Assembly (NCBI RefSeq): GCF_009914755.1
Contig: NC_060929.1
Strand: one strand, 5' to 3'
Length of the DNA: 64,000 nucleotides
DNA from: the human T2T-CHM13v2.0 reference genome, Homo sapiens
The position numbers were made by a program, and so were the translations under genes. Below are positions 13,881-31,723 of the stretch, piece after piece; the first letter of the stretch is position 1; every line of letters starts with the position of its first letter. The notes under the pieces are model-generated. The model was not told where the DNA came from and made no database searches. It worked only from the letters and a program-made list of their open reading frames with translations.

Positions 13881-14269
13881 CTTTATCTGCCACTTTATGT
13901 CTCTGCAGACAAGTAAAGTTGAATACAGCCAATCGTAGACCAAAATAATCCATTTTCAGCATTCACAGACTTTCCTCTTTACTCTTACTCTTTCAATAGC
14001 AATATCCTTCCTTTTATTAGAACAATTCCTTAAACAGGTCATTATAAAAATCTGAAATATGGTTTTTACATCTACATGGAGCCCCACTCCAGAGAGATGA
14101 CCATGTTATTGAGCTGTAGTTGCTGCAGGTTTGAAAGTTTCTCTGAATCTGATGAGGGAAATAAATTTGAATCTCATTAGCATTGAGTTATTTCAGCTTC
14201 AGCCCATCCTGCCACGATACAGGTCATACTTAAAAATCTCTTCTTTATCTCTCCTGTTTGAGTATATAG

Positions 14270-14419
<150 letters not shown>

Positions 14420-16779
14420 CTCACTTCCCATTTTAAACCCTGTTCTCCTTCTGAATCAACTCACAGACATACATTTTATGTTCTTTTGAGGTGGCTTTAG
14501 TTAGTATCAAAAGATACCTTCACACCAGCATCCCTTGTTAAAAGTCTAGATCTTATTCCTATGACCTTTTGTTTGTTTATTGCCATCCACAGGGTGTGAG
14601 GTATGTGATCATTGGGTAGAAGGAATGCAGCTTTTTAATTAATACAGGTATTTACTGCATTTTAAATCCTGACTTTTGAATATTTTGCTAGATTTGCCAA
14701 CAGACTTCATTAAAAAGCAACTCAGGTGTGAAACTTACCTTCCCTAAATGTTAATTAAAATTTTAAGTCAAGTTAATGATTTAGTGTAATAGTTGAGCCA
14801 CCACTTGAAATAAAGTCCTAGTTTAAATACAAAGTGAATTATAATAGTGACTATTATTTAGCCCTTTTTAATTTGAGGTTTTGCATACTGCCTCTTTATT
14901 TTGTCAAAAACCCAAACTGCTCTCCAAGGCTGTATCAGTCCTGTTCCAAAAATGGTACATTGCTATCTTTCTCATTTCATGCAGTGTGGGACATAGGGGC
15001 TAGGCAGTTATTTAAAGTTAAGCAAAAACTGCTAGCCTAATCAGTAAGCCACTTGCTCTGAGCTGCTAGGTGTGCACTGATACATCTGTATTTTTGCAAC
15101 TGTTTCTTTTCCAGTCAAATATACCCTTTTGGGAGACAGTTGGATGTAGTTGGTAATTCATATAGAAATTAACCAGTGATTTAATAGCAACCTATTCTAA
15201 ACAACTGAACCACAAATTGAGTTTAAGGGCCAGCCATCATCCAAGTCCTTCTCAGGTACTTAGCTGAACATCTATTTTGTACCAGCTTAAGAGGCAGTGA
15301 GCATGAGTGAAAGCAGTCTCCGGAGTCCAGATCTTGGATTACAAGCTTGGCTGAAGACCCCAGCTCTGAGACCTCCTGGGGCTTTCACAAAGAAATGAGC
15401 TAATACATCAAAAGTACTGAAAAACAGTGTCTGGTATATAACAAACACTTCATAAATGTGATTTGTTTGTAAGTGACATGTTAGCACTGTGGTATGGTCT
15501 AGGGTATGAATACATTTTTCTGTCTCAAATAACTTGTACAACACAACTGAGGCAGCATTACCACGAAAGAATAATTCTTGGCAAATCTCAGAATCTCAGT
15601 TTTGAAAGTGATTTTATAGGTCTCCTAGTGGAACTTATCATCTAAGGTGTCAAGAGCATCCTCAGTAGATGGCCTTCCATAACAAAGAATATCAATAAGG
15701 GTTCAAATGTTTGCTCTTGCCAGATCTTACTTCATGTGTGGAGCACACTAGTGTACAGGCTACATGTGTGCCAGGATCTTGGCCCTTCATCCCACAGGAT
15801 CAGCCTCCTGAATTTACCTCAAAGTGCTGTATCATTTCTAACATATGCCTTATTGTTAAAAAATGTAGAGAAGTGCTGCTTTTGGTTATCACAGTTGTAA
15901 TTGACTTTAGAAGACACCAGCAAAGACAGCATAATTAGTATGTGAATGTTAGATTAAATTATACCATCTAAAGTTGTATCTATTGACCTAGTGGGGAATT
16001 TGTACCTCAGGTATGGTTACCAGCACCAGGAAACCCACATTCAGAGGCTTCTTATTACAAGGTTGTCATCTTTCCTTCTCAATCAATATCCGAGCCTTTG
16101 AGATTTAGCATCATCAACATCAGAAATGAATTTTCATTGGTGAAATTAATGGCATTCAAGACCTTGGATTGCCTGAAATATTTTAAGGACACTTGCTAGT
16201 CTTACACAACCTGGACAGAAGAATCTGGCAAGACCTGTACCCTGTACTTTTAAGTACAGTGCCCAAAGCTTTATACTGAAAGGTCCCAGTATCCATTAAT
16301 GAGCAGGATAATTCGTGGTTACTGGCTGACTACACAGAATACTGCCTGGGGAATGTCGTTTTGTCTGAGCAAACCTTAAGGAACAAAGAGTTTGGGACAT
16401 TGTATGCAGTGTTTTATGCTTGTTTGCTAATTAATGTTTGTTTAGTAAATATCTGTCCATTTGGAAGAATTTACCCTAAGATTTGCTTTATTTTAACATG
16501 GTATTGAGGTTGAGAGGAGTAGCTTACTTTTACTGCATCCCTAACTTTTTGTTGGTTATTTCTAGCTCCCCAAAAGAACCTGAAAGGTGTAAATGATCAA
16601 ATTAACTCAAATTGGCATGTAATATTTCCCATCTCTCTCACAGTCAAAGCCAAAGGACTTACCAGGGCAGACATGACCATGTAACTGCTCTTTCCTCTCC
16701 CCTCTCCCTTATCTCTCAATCACTTCCTAACACTCACTTAAGCTAACTTGATCATACTGGCATCCTTTTGTCCCTCCAA

Positions 16780-16985
16780 CACAGTCATTCTTAAAGTGTG
16801 ATCTCTGCAACTGCAGCAATGATGGCATTTCTCTGAGAACTTGTTAGAAATGAAAATTCTTGACTCCTTCCCTCCATTCCCCTCAGAATTTCTGAATCAG
16901 AAAGTCAGAATGGGACCCAGCAATTGTGTTTTAATAAGCTATCCAGGTGATTCTGCAGGTGATGCTAAAGTTTGAGAATCACTAA
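16780..16985. mobile_element. MER5A-like hAT MITE
   Basis: CAGTCATTCTTAAAGTGTG...AAAGTTTGAGAATCACT termini. Similar MER5 relics at ~540-690, 8625-8785, 34275-34410 and 63545-63735. Confidence 0.65.
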
Positions 16986-17294
16986 CCTAGATAACTGTGA
17001 TAAAAATATTGCTCTAACTGAAATGAATCAATAACCACGTCAGAACAAATGTAGACCAAGTGTGATTTCTAAAACTCAGTCTTTGTACTTACTCTTTATT
17101 CTACCTGGACTGCTCTTCCCCTAGATGTGGCATGACCCACTCCCTCACCTCTTACAGGTCTTTACTCAAATTCACCTTCTTAATGAGGTCTTCCCTGAGC
17201 ACCCTGCTTAAATCAGATCTCCATTATGACACTCTATGCTGCCTGCTTAATTTTTTTTCCATAATCCCTATCTTCATTATTATCATTTACACCA

Positions 17295-17593
17295 TTGAGC
17301 CCCAACCTTTTGGCCCATGGGACTGGAAGACAATTTTTCCACAGATGGTGGGAAGGTGGGTGGGGATGTTCTGGGGATGAAACTGCCCCTCCTTCGATCA
17401 TCAGACATTAGATTCTCATAAAGAGCACGCAACCTAGATCCTTCACATGCACAGTTCACAATAGGGTTCACGCTCCAGTGAGACTCTAATGTGCATTGAT
17501 CTGACAGGAGGCGGAGCTCAGGTGGTAATGCTCACTCACGCCCTGCTCACCTCCTGCTGTGTGACCCAGTTCCTAACAGGCCATGGACCCCTG
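17295..17593. mobile_element. MER1B-like hAT element
   Basis: CCCCAACCTTTTGG...CATTAGATTCTCATAA...GGACCCCTG. Confidence 0.75.
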
Positions 17594-18329
17594 TTTGCAC
17601 TATATATTTTGCTCATTTATCTTCTTTATTGTTTGCCTTTCTGCCTCTGAGAAAATAAGCTCCTTGTGGGCAGGATTTTTTGTTTGCTTTGTTCACTAGA
17701 GTCGAGAACAGTGCCTGATAAATGGCAGCCACTAAGTATGTGTTAAATAAAATAAATGAAGTGCTATGTAAATGCAAACAAGATGAAGTAGAGATGGGGT
17801 GAAAAAATATTCATGAAGTAGTCCATTTTAGGTGTTTATTAAACGATAACTCATGAGTCAGTTGTGGCTTTAAAACAATACAACACTGAATTCTAAAGAA
17901 AATTAAGATAAATCGTTGATTCTAAAGGATGTTCAATAATGAAAAGACAGATGCTTGACAAAAAGAGTTAGTGTCTCGCCCTAGGTGTTAGATAGTTCTT
18001 TTTATTATACCTCAATTTATCCTGTGCTAATCTCATTGATTAGCTAATTTTTGGTGACTATGTTATTAATAGAGAAGTTCTAAGCTTTAGGAATAAAAGC
18101 AACAATAAAATACCACTATTATTAAAGCTGACTAAAGTTATACTAACATTTTCTCTTGAAGGTGTGATATTTCCTGAGCTGTGGGTACTCTGCCAGTAGG
18201 ATACGTTATGTTCTTGGGCAAGTTATTCTAATTCATTGAGATATTTCAGTCTCTTCACTATTCTGTGGAATTACTAGTAGAGGCCTAGAGGAAAATTTGG
18301 AGTCTGAGGCCTCCTAGGCAGTCTCACAT

Positions 18330-20510
18330 TTTAGAAAATGAGGCCTAAATTACATAGAATAAAATGCACAGATGAATTTTTGACAAATGTGTGTGCACAA
18401 GTAACCAAAACCCTATCAAGATATAAAACATTTTTATTGCCCCAGTGTGTTCCTTGTGTCCTGTTCCAGTTCTCCTCCCTGGGCAACAACTGTTCTGATG
18501 TCTATCACCATGGCCTAGTTTTGCCTGTAGAAATATGTACTCTTTTGTGTCTGGCTTATTTTCACTCAATAAAACATTTCTGAGATTCACCTACATGGTT
18601 ACATGTATCAGTAATTCATTTCTTTTTACTACTGAGTAGTATTCCAGTGTGTTAATATACCGCAATTTGCTTACCAGTTTACTTGCTTATGAACAGTTTT
18701 GGGTTGTTCACATGTTGGGGCTCATATGAATAAAATCTGCTACGAGCATTCTTGTGCAAGGCTTTCGTGGATATATTTTTATTTCTCTTGGAAAAATACC
18801 TAAATACGGAACTGTTGGATAACAGGGTACTTTTGGGTTTAATTATATAAGAAACTGCCAAACTGTTTTCCAGAGTGGTTTTTACCACTTTCCAGCAGCG
18901 AGTGAGTTCTGGTTGTTTCACATCTTCTCCAAGCATCATGTTATCACCATTTAAAATTTTAGCCATTCTAGTGGATGTAAAGTGACATTTCATGGTGGTT
19001 TTATTTTGGATTTCCCTGATAACTGATAACGTTGAACATCTTTTGATGTGCTTTTGGCCATTTATATACTTTCTTTTTGAAGTGTTTGCCAGATCTTTTG
19101 CCCATTTTTAAATCAAATTGTTTATCATGAGCTGTAAGAGTTTTTAACATATTCTGATTGAAAGTTCTTTTTCAAATATATATTTGACATTTTTCTCCCA
19201 GTCTTTTCTTGGTGGTATCTTTTGAAGAACAGATATGTTTAATATTGATAGTCTAACTTATCTATATTTTATGGTCAGTGCTTTTTTGTCAGTCTAAAAA
19301 GCTGCCTTTTTGATGGTGAAGATATTTTCCTACATTTCTTCTAGAAGCTTTATATATCTAACTTTTGTGTTTCAGTTATATTCTATCTCAAACTAATTTT
19401 TGTGTGAGGTAGGTATTGTGGTTCATTTTCAGAAATATTTTTCCCCATTTGTTCCAGGATTCTTACAGAAAAGCTATCCGTTCTCCCTTTGAGTTATCTT
19501 GATAACTTTGTCAAAAACCAACTGACAATGTACTAATAGATCAATTTCTGGACTTTATATTCTGTTCCAATAATAGATTTTTCTATCCTTACACTGATAT
19601 CATCTTGATTTATTATAGCCTGAAATCCAAAAATGTAGGTTGTCAACTTTGTTCTCTTTTTCAAGATTGATTTAGTTATTCTAGGTCCTTAATATTTCCT
19701 TATCCTTTTAAAATCAGTTTGTCAATTTCAAAACAAAAAATCTGCTGTAATTTTTATTGAGATGGCCTTGACTCTATAGGTCAAGTTGAGGACGATTGAC
19801 ATCTTAACAATATTGAGCATTCCAATTCATGAATTTGGGATGTATCTCTTCTTATAATTCAGTCTTCTTCAGCTTCACACTGCAATGTTTAAGTGTACAA
19901 GTCTTGCACGTATTTTGTTAAATTAATCCGTATTTCCTTTTTATGCTATTAAATGAGTACTCTGATATTTTTAATTTCCACTTGTTGTCAGCTAATATAT
20001 AGAAATACGATATTTTTTGTATGTTGACTTTGTAGCCTGATACCTTAGTAAATGCATTTATTAGTTCTAGCATTTTTTGATAGATTTCTCAGGATTTTTC
20101 TACAAACACCATCAATCATCTGCAAAAAAAAAAAAGATAGTTTTACTTCTTTATTTCCAATATGTAAGCCTTTTATTTCTTTTTCTTAACGTAATACACT
20201 GGCTAGGATCTCCAGTACACTGTTGAATAGAAGTGATGATAATGGACATCTCTGTTTATTTTTCCTAATCTTAAGAGGAAAATGTGCAATCTTCTACATC
20301 GAGTAGTGTTAGCTGCTGGGTTTCTTGTAAATGTTTTTCATCAGGTTGAGGAAGTTGCTCTATTCCAAATCCCTTGAGTTTTTATATCAGTTGGTGTTGA
20401 ATTTTATGTTCCTCTACATCTTTCTGGCACAAAGGTATTCATAACACTCCCTTACAATCCTTTTAATATCTGTAATGACACCCTCTACATCATTCCTCAT
20501 ACTGGTGGTT
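18330..20510 (-). mobile_element. Old L1 (L1MC/ME-type), 3' portion
   Basis: Degenerate ORF2 C-terminal translation (18679-18993) and T-rich antisense L1 signature. Confidence 0.7.
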
Positions 20511-20529
20511 TCTCTCTCTCTGTCTCACC

Positions 20530-20823
20530 TTTTTTTTTTTTTTTCTTAGAGCCTCACTCCATTGCACAGGCTGGAGTGCAGTGACACAGTCTTGACTCAC
20601 TACAACATTTACCTCCCAGTTCAAGCAATTCTCATGCCTCAGCCTCCTGAATAGCTGGGATCACAGGCACATGCCACCACACCTGGCTAATTTTTGTATT
20701 TTTAGTAGAGATGGGGTTTCACCATGTTGGCCAGGCTGGTCTTGAACTCCTGGCCTCAAGTGATCTGCCCACCTCGGTCTCCCAAAATGCTGAGATTACA
20801 GGTGTGAGCCACCGCACCCGGCC
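20530..20823 (-). mobile_element. AluS-type SINE
   Basis: Full dimer in reverse orientation. Confidence 0.9.
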
Positions 20824-21009
20824 ATATCTCTTTTTATTGATTAATCTAGGTAGGGGTTTATTAATTTTATTAATATTTTGAAAGAAGTAGCTTTGGGGAA
20901 TCATGGAGGAGCAGACTACTTTCTCATGACTTTGTTTTTAGGAATGGAAAAATAAAGGATTTTTTTTTTATTTTGTGTGTGTTAAGTCCAACTTCAAAAG
21001 TGTAATTAG

Positions 21010-21380
<371 letters not shown>

Positions 21381-21636
21381 TAAAATGTATCATTTTAACC
21401 ATTTGTAAATGTACAGCTCAGTAGTGTGAACTGTATTCACATGTTTGTATAACCAATCTCCAGAACTCTTTTCATCTTGCAAAACTGAAACCCTGTACCA
21501 TTAAACAACATATCCTCAATCCTTTCTGCCCCAAAACCCTAGAAGCGCCATTCTACTTTCTGTCTCTCTAAATTGCTCATGTAAGTGGAATCAGACAGTA
21601 TTTATCTTTTTGTGACTGGCTTATTTCATTTAACTT

Positions 21637-24988
<3,352 letters not shown>

Positions 24989-25039
24989 TTAGCATGTGTC
25001 AGAATTTCCTTCATTTTTAAGGCTGAAAATTATTTGGTT

Positions 25040-25305
25040 TTATATATATATATATGTATAGTGTGTGTATATATATAGTGTGTATGTATAGTGTATATAT
25101 ATAGTGTATATATGTATGTATGTTTATATATACATATATATGACATATAAACATATATATACTCATACATATATAGTGTATATATACACTATATATACAT
25201 ATATGGGTGTATATATACATATATAATATATGCATATATACATATGTACACTACATATTATATATGTATGTATACATATATATACACACACATATATATA
25301 CACAC
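25040..25305. repeat. Degenerate (TA)/(TATG)/(CATA) low-complexity repeat
   Basis: Seen directly. Confidence 0.9.
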
Positions 25306-25504
25306 CATATTTTGTTGATCCATTCGTTTGTCAGTGGAGATTTGTTTGTTTCCATCTTTTGGCTATTGTGAATAATACTACCATGAGCATAGGTGCACAA
25401 GTATCTGTTTGAATCCCTGCTTTTACTTCTCTTAGGATTTTATCCAGAAGTAAAATTGCAGGGTAACATAGTAATTCTATTTGTTAATTTTTTGAGGAAC
25501 TGCG

Positions 25505-25876
25505 TGATATGGTTTTGCTGAGTCCCCACCCATATCTCATCTTGAATTGTAGTTCCCATAATCCCCACATGTCATGGGAGGGACCCAGTGGGAGGTAACT
25601 GAATCATGGGGGCTGTTACCCCCATGCTGTTCTCATGATAGTGAGTTCTCATGAGATCTGATGGTTTTATAAGGGGCTTTTCCGTCTTTGCTCGTCACTT
25701 CTCCTTCCTGCCACCATGTGAAGAAGGATACGTTTGCTTCCCCACTTCTGCCATGATCATAAGTTTCCTAAGGCCTCCCCAGCCCTGTGGAACTGTGTGT
25801 CAATTAAACCTCTTTCCTTTATAAATTACCCAGCCTCAGGGAGTTCTTTATAGCAGCATGAGAACAGACTAATACA
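25505..25876 (+). mobile_element. THE1-type MaLR solo LTR
   Basis: TGATATGGTTTTGCTGAGTCCCCACCC...GACTAATACA. Confidence 0.88.
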
Positions 25877-26069
25877 TTGCCATAGTACTTTTCACAGCAG
25901 CTCCACCATTTTATCTCCTGCAACAGTGCACGAGGTTCCAATTTCTCCACATTCTCACCAACATTTGTTATATCCTGTTTTTTTTTTTTTTTTTTTCAAA
26001 TAGTAGCCATCCTAATATTTGTGAAGTGGGAAAATGAAGTTTCAGCCATTAAACTTATTTATTTATTGT

Positions 26070-26720
26070 TTCCTAGTGGACTCTATTAGGAAGGCTTATT
26101 ATGGAACTATCTAAGGGATCCTTACATAGTTCCAAGGAAGGGGCTGTCACATCAAAAAGCCCAAACATGTGATTAGAGATTGGAAATTTCAAACCCACCC
26201 CATTCCCCTAACTTCCTAGGAGGAGAGAAGAACTGGAGATTAAGTTCAGTCATATGGCCAATTATTTAATCAATCATGCCTACATAATGAAACCTCATTA
26301 AAAACCCTGGACACCATGCTCAGGGGAGCTTCCTGATACTAAGAGGGCGGCACACCCTGACTCTGTGGAAGCAGAGGCTCCTGTGCTCATGACCCTTCCA
26401 GTCCTCCTCCCATGTACCTCTTCATCTGGCTGACCATTTGTATACCTTATAATGAAATGGAAATTGAAAGTACAGAGCTTTCCTCAATTCTGTGAGTTGT
26501 TCTAGTGAATTATCAAATCTGAGGGGTTGTGGGACGTCTTTAATTTGTAATTGTCCTGGCAGAAGTGCAGATTGCTTGGGGACACCTGAAATTTGTTGTT
26601 GGAATCTGAAACGGGGCAGTCTTATGGGACTAAGTCCTTCATTTGTGGGTCTTCACTAATTCTGGGTAGTGTCAGAATTGAATTGAATTGTACGACACTC
26701 AGAGAATAAGTGTCAGAAGA
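26070..26720 (+). mobile_element. MER21-like LTR
   Basis: AAACATGTGATTAGAG...GTGTCAGAATTGAATTGAATTG motifs. Edges approximate. Confidence 0.65.
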
Positions 26721-26966
26721 CAAAAAGAAAATCATGAGGAATTCCAACATGTCTTGGTTATCCATGGAGAAGTTTCTCTAGTATAGATCAATTTAAAAAA
26801 ATTAAACATTGTAATACTAGAAATCATAGATTTTACGAGACAGCTGTATGTGGCAGAAAGTACATTGAAAGCAGCTCTTAATAACTGTGTAACCTTGGAA
26901 GAGTCATCTTGACCTTGAAGATTCACGGTTTCCACATCTTTATAAATAAGGATAACAATACCTGCT

Positions 26967-27728
26967 CGTGATTATTAGTTTTATGTGTCAGCTTGGCTGT
27001 TCCATGATACCCAGATATTTTGTCAACATTCTGAATGTTTCGGTGAGGATGTTTTTGAATGAGGTTTACACTTAAACTAGTAGACTTTGACTCAAGCAGA
27101 TTGCCCTTCATTAGTGAGTGAGTCTCATCTAATCAGTCAAAGGCCTGAATAGAACAAAAGACTGACTACCCCAGAGCAACCAAGAATGGACTCAACTGCA
27201 GAATTAGCTCTTCACTTGGGTCTGCAGCCTGTCAGTCTACACTGCAGTTTGGACTTGCCAGCCTTCATAATTGTGGGAGTGAATTTCTTAAAATAAATCC
27301 CCCTCTCTCTCACCCTCTCTCTTCTCTCTCTCTATTCTCTCTCGTTAAAATTTTGCATATAACTTTTGCTGCTCCCAAAACTTAATTATTAATAGCCTAG
27401 AGGTGACCAGAATCCTTATCAATAATATAAGACAGTCGATTAATACATATTTTATATATTATATGTGTTATATACTGTATTCTTATGATAAAATAAGCTA
27501 GAGAAAAATGTTATTAAGAAAACCATAATGAAGAGAAATATATTTACTGTTTATTAAGTGGAAGTGGATTGTCATTAAGGTCTTCATCATTGTCTTCATT
27601 TTGAGTAGGCTGAGGAGGGGGGAGGAAGAGGAAGGGTTGATCTTGCTGTCTCAAGGGTGGCAAAGGAAGAAAATCCACATATAAGTGGATCTGAACAGTT
27701 CAAATTTGTGTTGTTCAGGAGTCACCTG

Positions 27729-27767
<39 letters not shown>

Positions 27768-27805
27768 CCTATTGGTTCTGTTTCCCTGAAGAAGCTTGAC
27801 TACAC
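26967..27805 (+). mobile_element. MLT2-type (ERVL) LTR interrupted by a Tigger3-like fragment (~27345-27730) and (CA)n
   Basis: MLT2 start GTGATTATTAGTTTTATGTGTCAGCTTGG and end ATCCTATTGGTTCTGTTTCCCTG; Tigger3-like TIR TTGTTCAGGAGTCACCTG+TA. Confidence 0.7.
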
Positions 27806-28326
27806 TATTTCATTTGGTTGTTGTGAAAATTAATGAAATAATGTATATGAGACCATTTGTAAATTTTAAAGCACCATAATACATAAGGAAGGTTGTCTGC
27901 CTAGTACATGTAATGTGTAATGAGCTTTGCTGAGGCTGTATAGACATGTAAATTAACGTTTACAAATGTGTTCATAGAATCAATATTAGAGATAAATGGA
28001 TTAAAAATATCACAGGAGAAGCTAGAAGATAGCAACAAGTTGGGAGATGAGCCTCCTGGACTTGTGTTCTGGACTGATAGAGCATTTGTTGTCATAGTAA
28101 ACTCCACGTGGACAGAAAACCATGGCTTAGTTGTCTTAGTTCAATTTGCATACTCAGCATCTAGCACAACACTTTGCACCTTGTTGTTGCCCAGATAACT
28201 GCTGAAGAATAAGTGATTTTTATCTATGTAATCACTTCAAAATTACACTTCTGTGAGTGACTAGGTGGAAGGACACGAAGCATTTTAGCATATGGCATGG
28301 GGGGTTAGAAAATATATATGTGTTGA

Positions 28327-28650
<324 letters not shown>

Positions 28651-29206
28651 CTAGTCACGCCTACAGAAGTGTCGAATGTCAATTAATCATAGTCTGTATG
28701 CTAAATAATAGAGGCAGAACTTTAGGCTGGCTGGGGAAAGGCCAAAGCCGTGAACCCAGGATGATTCCATGAATAAAGCCAGACCTCACTCTCTAAAACA
28801 AATGGCTTTGCTTCCTGGGACCTTTGCTGAACTTCACATAATAGCAAGGTGCAAAAATAGCTTGGAGGAAAAAGCAGGGCCACTGCTCTGAATGAATACT
28901 TTAAAACTCCAGGACAGTAACTGGAATGCAATTTAGCAACACAGCAAATACTACCCAGCTCAAATCACTAGATGATATTTCTTGCAGCAATCAATGGCCA
29001 GTCTGGACTGCATTAGCATGCTTCACAACTTTATGGATTGTGGCTTATGTGGGCAGATATTTTGAGACTTGGGTGTGGAAGAATATGCTTGCTTTCAAAA
29101 CATTCTAGGCAAAAAGCTAAGTCTGAGAAAGAAGACCAGTCTTGTGGGTATTTTGGGAAGTATGTCATCATAGTGATTATTTCCAGGCTTCTCTGGATAT
29201 TGCCAG

Positions 29207-29637
29207 TGTGATGGTTAATGCTGAGTGTCAACTTGATTGGATTGAAGGATACAAAGTATTGATCCTGGGTGTGTCTGTGAGGGCGTTGCCAAAAGAGATT
29301 AGCATTTAAGTCACTGGGCTGGGGAAGGCAGATCCACCCTTAATCTAGTGGGCACAATCTAATCAGCTGCCAGCAAATACAAAGCAGGCAAAAAAACGTG
29401 AAAAGGTGACTGGCCTAGCCTCCCAGCCTACATCTTTCTCCCATGCTATTTGTCCTTGAACATTGGATTCCAAGTTCTTCAGTTTTGGGAGTCAGACTGG
29501 CTCTCCTTGCTCCTCAGTTTGCAGACAGCCTATTGCGGGACCTTGTGACTGTGTAAGTTAATACTTAATAAACTCATCTTTATATACATATACACACATA
29601 TATACACATACGTATATCTGTATATATATACACATAC

Positions 29638-29679
<42 letters not shown>

Positions 29680-29719
29680 CCTATTAGTTCTGTCCCTCTA
29701 GAGAACTTTGATTAATACA
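29207..29719 (+). mobile_element. MLT2A (HERV-L) solo LTR with internal TA/TG repeat
   Basis: TGTGATGGTTAAT...TAATACA termini; perfect 5-bp TSD GCCAG. Confidence 0.9.
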
Positions 29720-31632
29720 GCCAGTAAAGGAGAGATCTTCAGGATAGCCTGCCTTAAAACAATAGTGGGGTATTATTTTTCACCTATAAAATTGAGAAGG
29801 AGTTTAAAAAATAATAGTATTACTGAGAACATACCCCAACACTGCTGATAGGAGGGTCACTTGGCCAAAAACAATTTTTAAGAATGTATAATCCTTTGAC
29901 TCCACAATTTCACCTCTAAGAATTTATGCGAAGAAAATAATCCCATATCAGTGCAAAGATCTATTCATTAGTTTAGGTGCAGTCCAGTGTTAATTATAAT
30001 AGTTAAAATATTAGAAATAAATAATATATCTAACAGTAGAGAATTGCCTAAGGGAATTTTGCTACATCCATATAAAGGAACAGTGTGCAACTGTTAAAAA
30101 TAAGGTTGTAGAAGAATATTTAATGACCTGGAAATTTGTTCATCCTCTGTCATTAAATTAAAAAGCAGTTTACAAAACACTGTTTACAAAAGTATCCAGA
30201 ACAAGTCTATATTGTTTAAAAAGCAAGCAAAGGAATAATCCATACAAGTGCATAGAAGAAAAGTCTAGAAGTTTATACATTAAAATGTTAATAGCAATTA
30301 TCTTTGGGTGGTGGGGTTACAGGTGACTTCTTTAGGCTCACCCCCACCAAATTTTCTATTAAAATTATCATATTAGCAATTGAAGTGGGGGGAAGTCACT
30401 TTAACATTTCATACAAAGTCAACAGAAAACAAAAACCTCTGATAAACTAGAATTGTTTACTAACAGAGAAGCAAGAGCATTTTACAGTGCTATGCCTTAA
30501 CCCTGACACATTCCAGGACTTTACATTCTAGGGTACTTGGTTCAAAATTTATTTGAGCACTAGTAGTAAAGCATGGTCTAAAAGTTCACATTGTTTTCAT
30601 TTACCATGAAGTATTTTCTGCCGACACTATGCTAAGCCTTGTAGAGCATGAAGTCATGTTATACAGCTCCAGGAACCGATGCAGAGAGGTGGCCTGACAC
30701 ATTCATGTGACTGTTAGCACACAGATTCCATCTTGGAAATGGGAGGTTTTGGCCCTTTAGCCAACACTCTCCACACCACTGAAATCTAAAACTGCGTCTA
30801 CAGAAAAATAATTAAAGAGCTCATTGCCTAGACCTACACATAAAAAGATCTATCCTAGGTTATTGAGGAGAAGTTAGAAGTGTCTGGTGAATCCTTAACC
30901 TCTGTGGAGTGATGATGTCATCCATGAGAGACCCAGCCTTTCCCACAAGTGTCATTTGCTGTCCCTGACAGGGTGGATTGGAGGGATCATCTTGTCTATT
31001 CATGTCAACCATCTGACACTAACTCAGCTGGCTGGAGAGTAGATTTGAAAATTTAAAAAGACTGATGGTGAAAATGGCTGGGAGGTAGATAGTTTAGTTT
31101 GAATGAGTGCCCAGCAAGTGAAATGTGACACTTTTCCCTGACTGTCTCCAGATGTCCCTGGACCATAAAAAGGAAAGAGTCAAGAATATATTTATTTTTC
31201 CCACAATGAATGAGCCAGAGATCCAGACAAACTTAGGCTTAAACAAAGTGAAAAAAGTGTCCCACCAGTGGTACTATGGTAGAGAAAGCTCCAGGCTAAC
31301 TTAAAGCTACTCTCAGCTGAAATCCCCCTTGTAGCTGACTCAGCCTTGCTCAGATGGGTGTTTTGAATTAGACAAAATCTAGCATACTCTAAAAAACACA
31401 GTGGCTAGAAGTTTAAGCATGTAAGTTTCAGAATGACAGCTCCAAGGAATATGCATTCTTGACAGTCTTCCATAGTCCTCTAAAAATCAATAGTGAATCC
31501 AAGTTAACCCACCCTTATGCATCACTATTATGTCAGAGCTTCCCCGGGTCCTTCACCAGCCCACCAATCTTCCGGGAATGCAAATGCACAGAAGGTCACA
31601 GAATATGCAACTCATGAGCTGGACTGACTCAC

Positions 31633-31723
31633 CTTGCTGTCGCCGGTCCTCCTGCAGCTTCAGTTTACAGGTGTGCAAACTGCCAGGCAGGTGGCTGCTG
31701 CCTTTTCTTGGTATGGTAGTCAT
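31633..31723 (-). CDS. RANBP3L: RANBP3L coding exon 1 (MTTIPRKGSSHLPGSLHTCKLKLQEDRRQQ+G)
   Basis: ATG at 31723-31721 in an ACCATGA context, donor CAAG|gtgagt, 91 nt (phase 1). Peptide recognised as the RANBP3L N-terminus and joins exon 2 in frame. Confidence 0.96.
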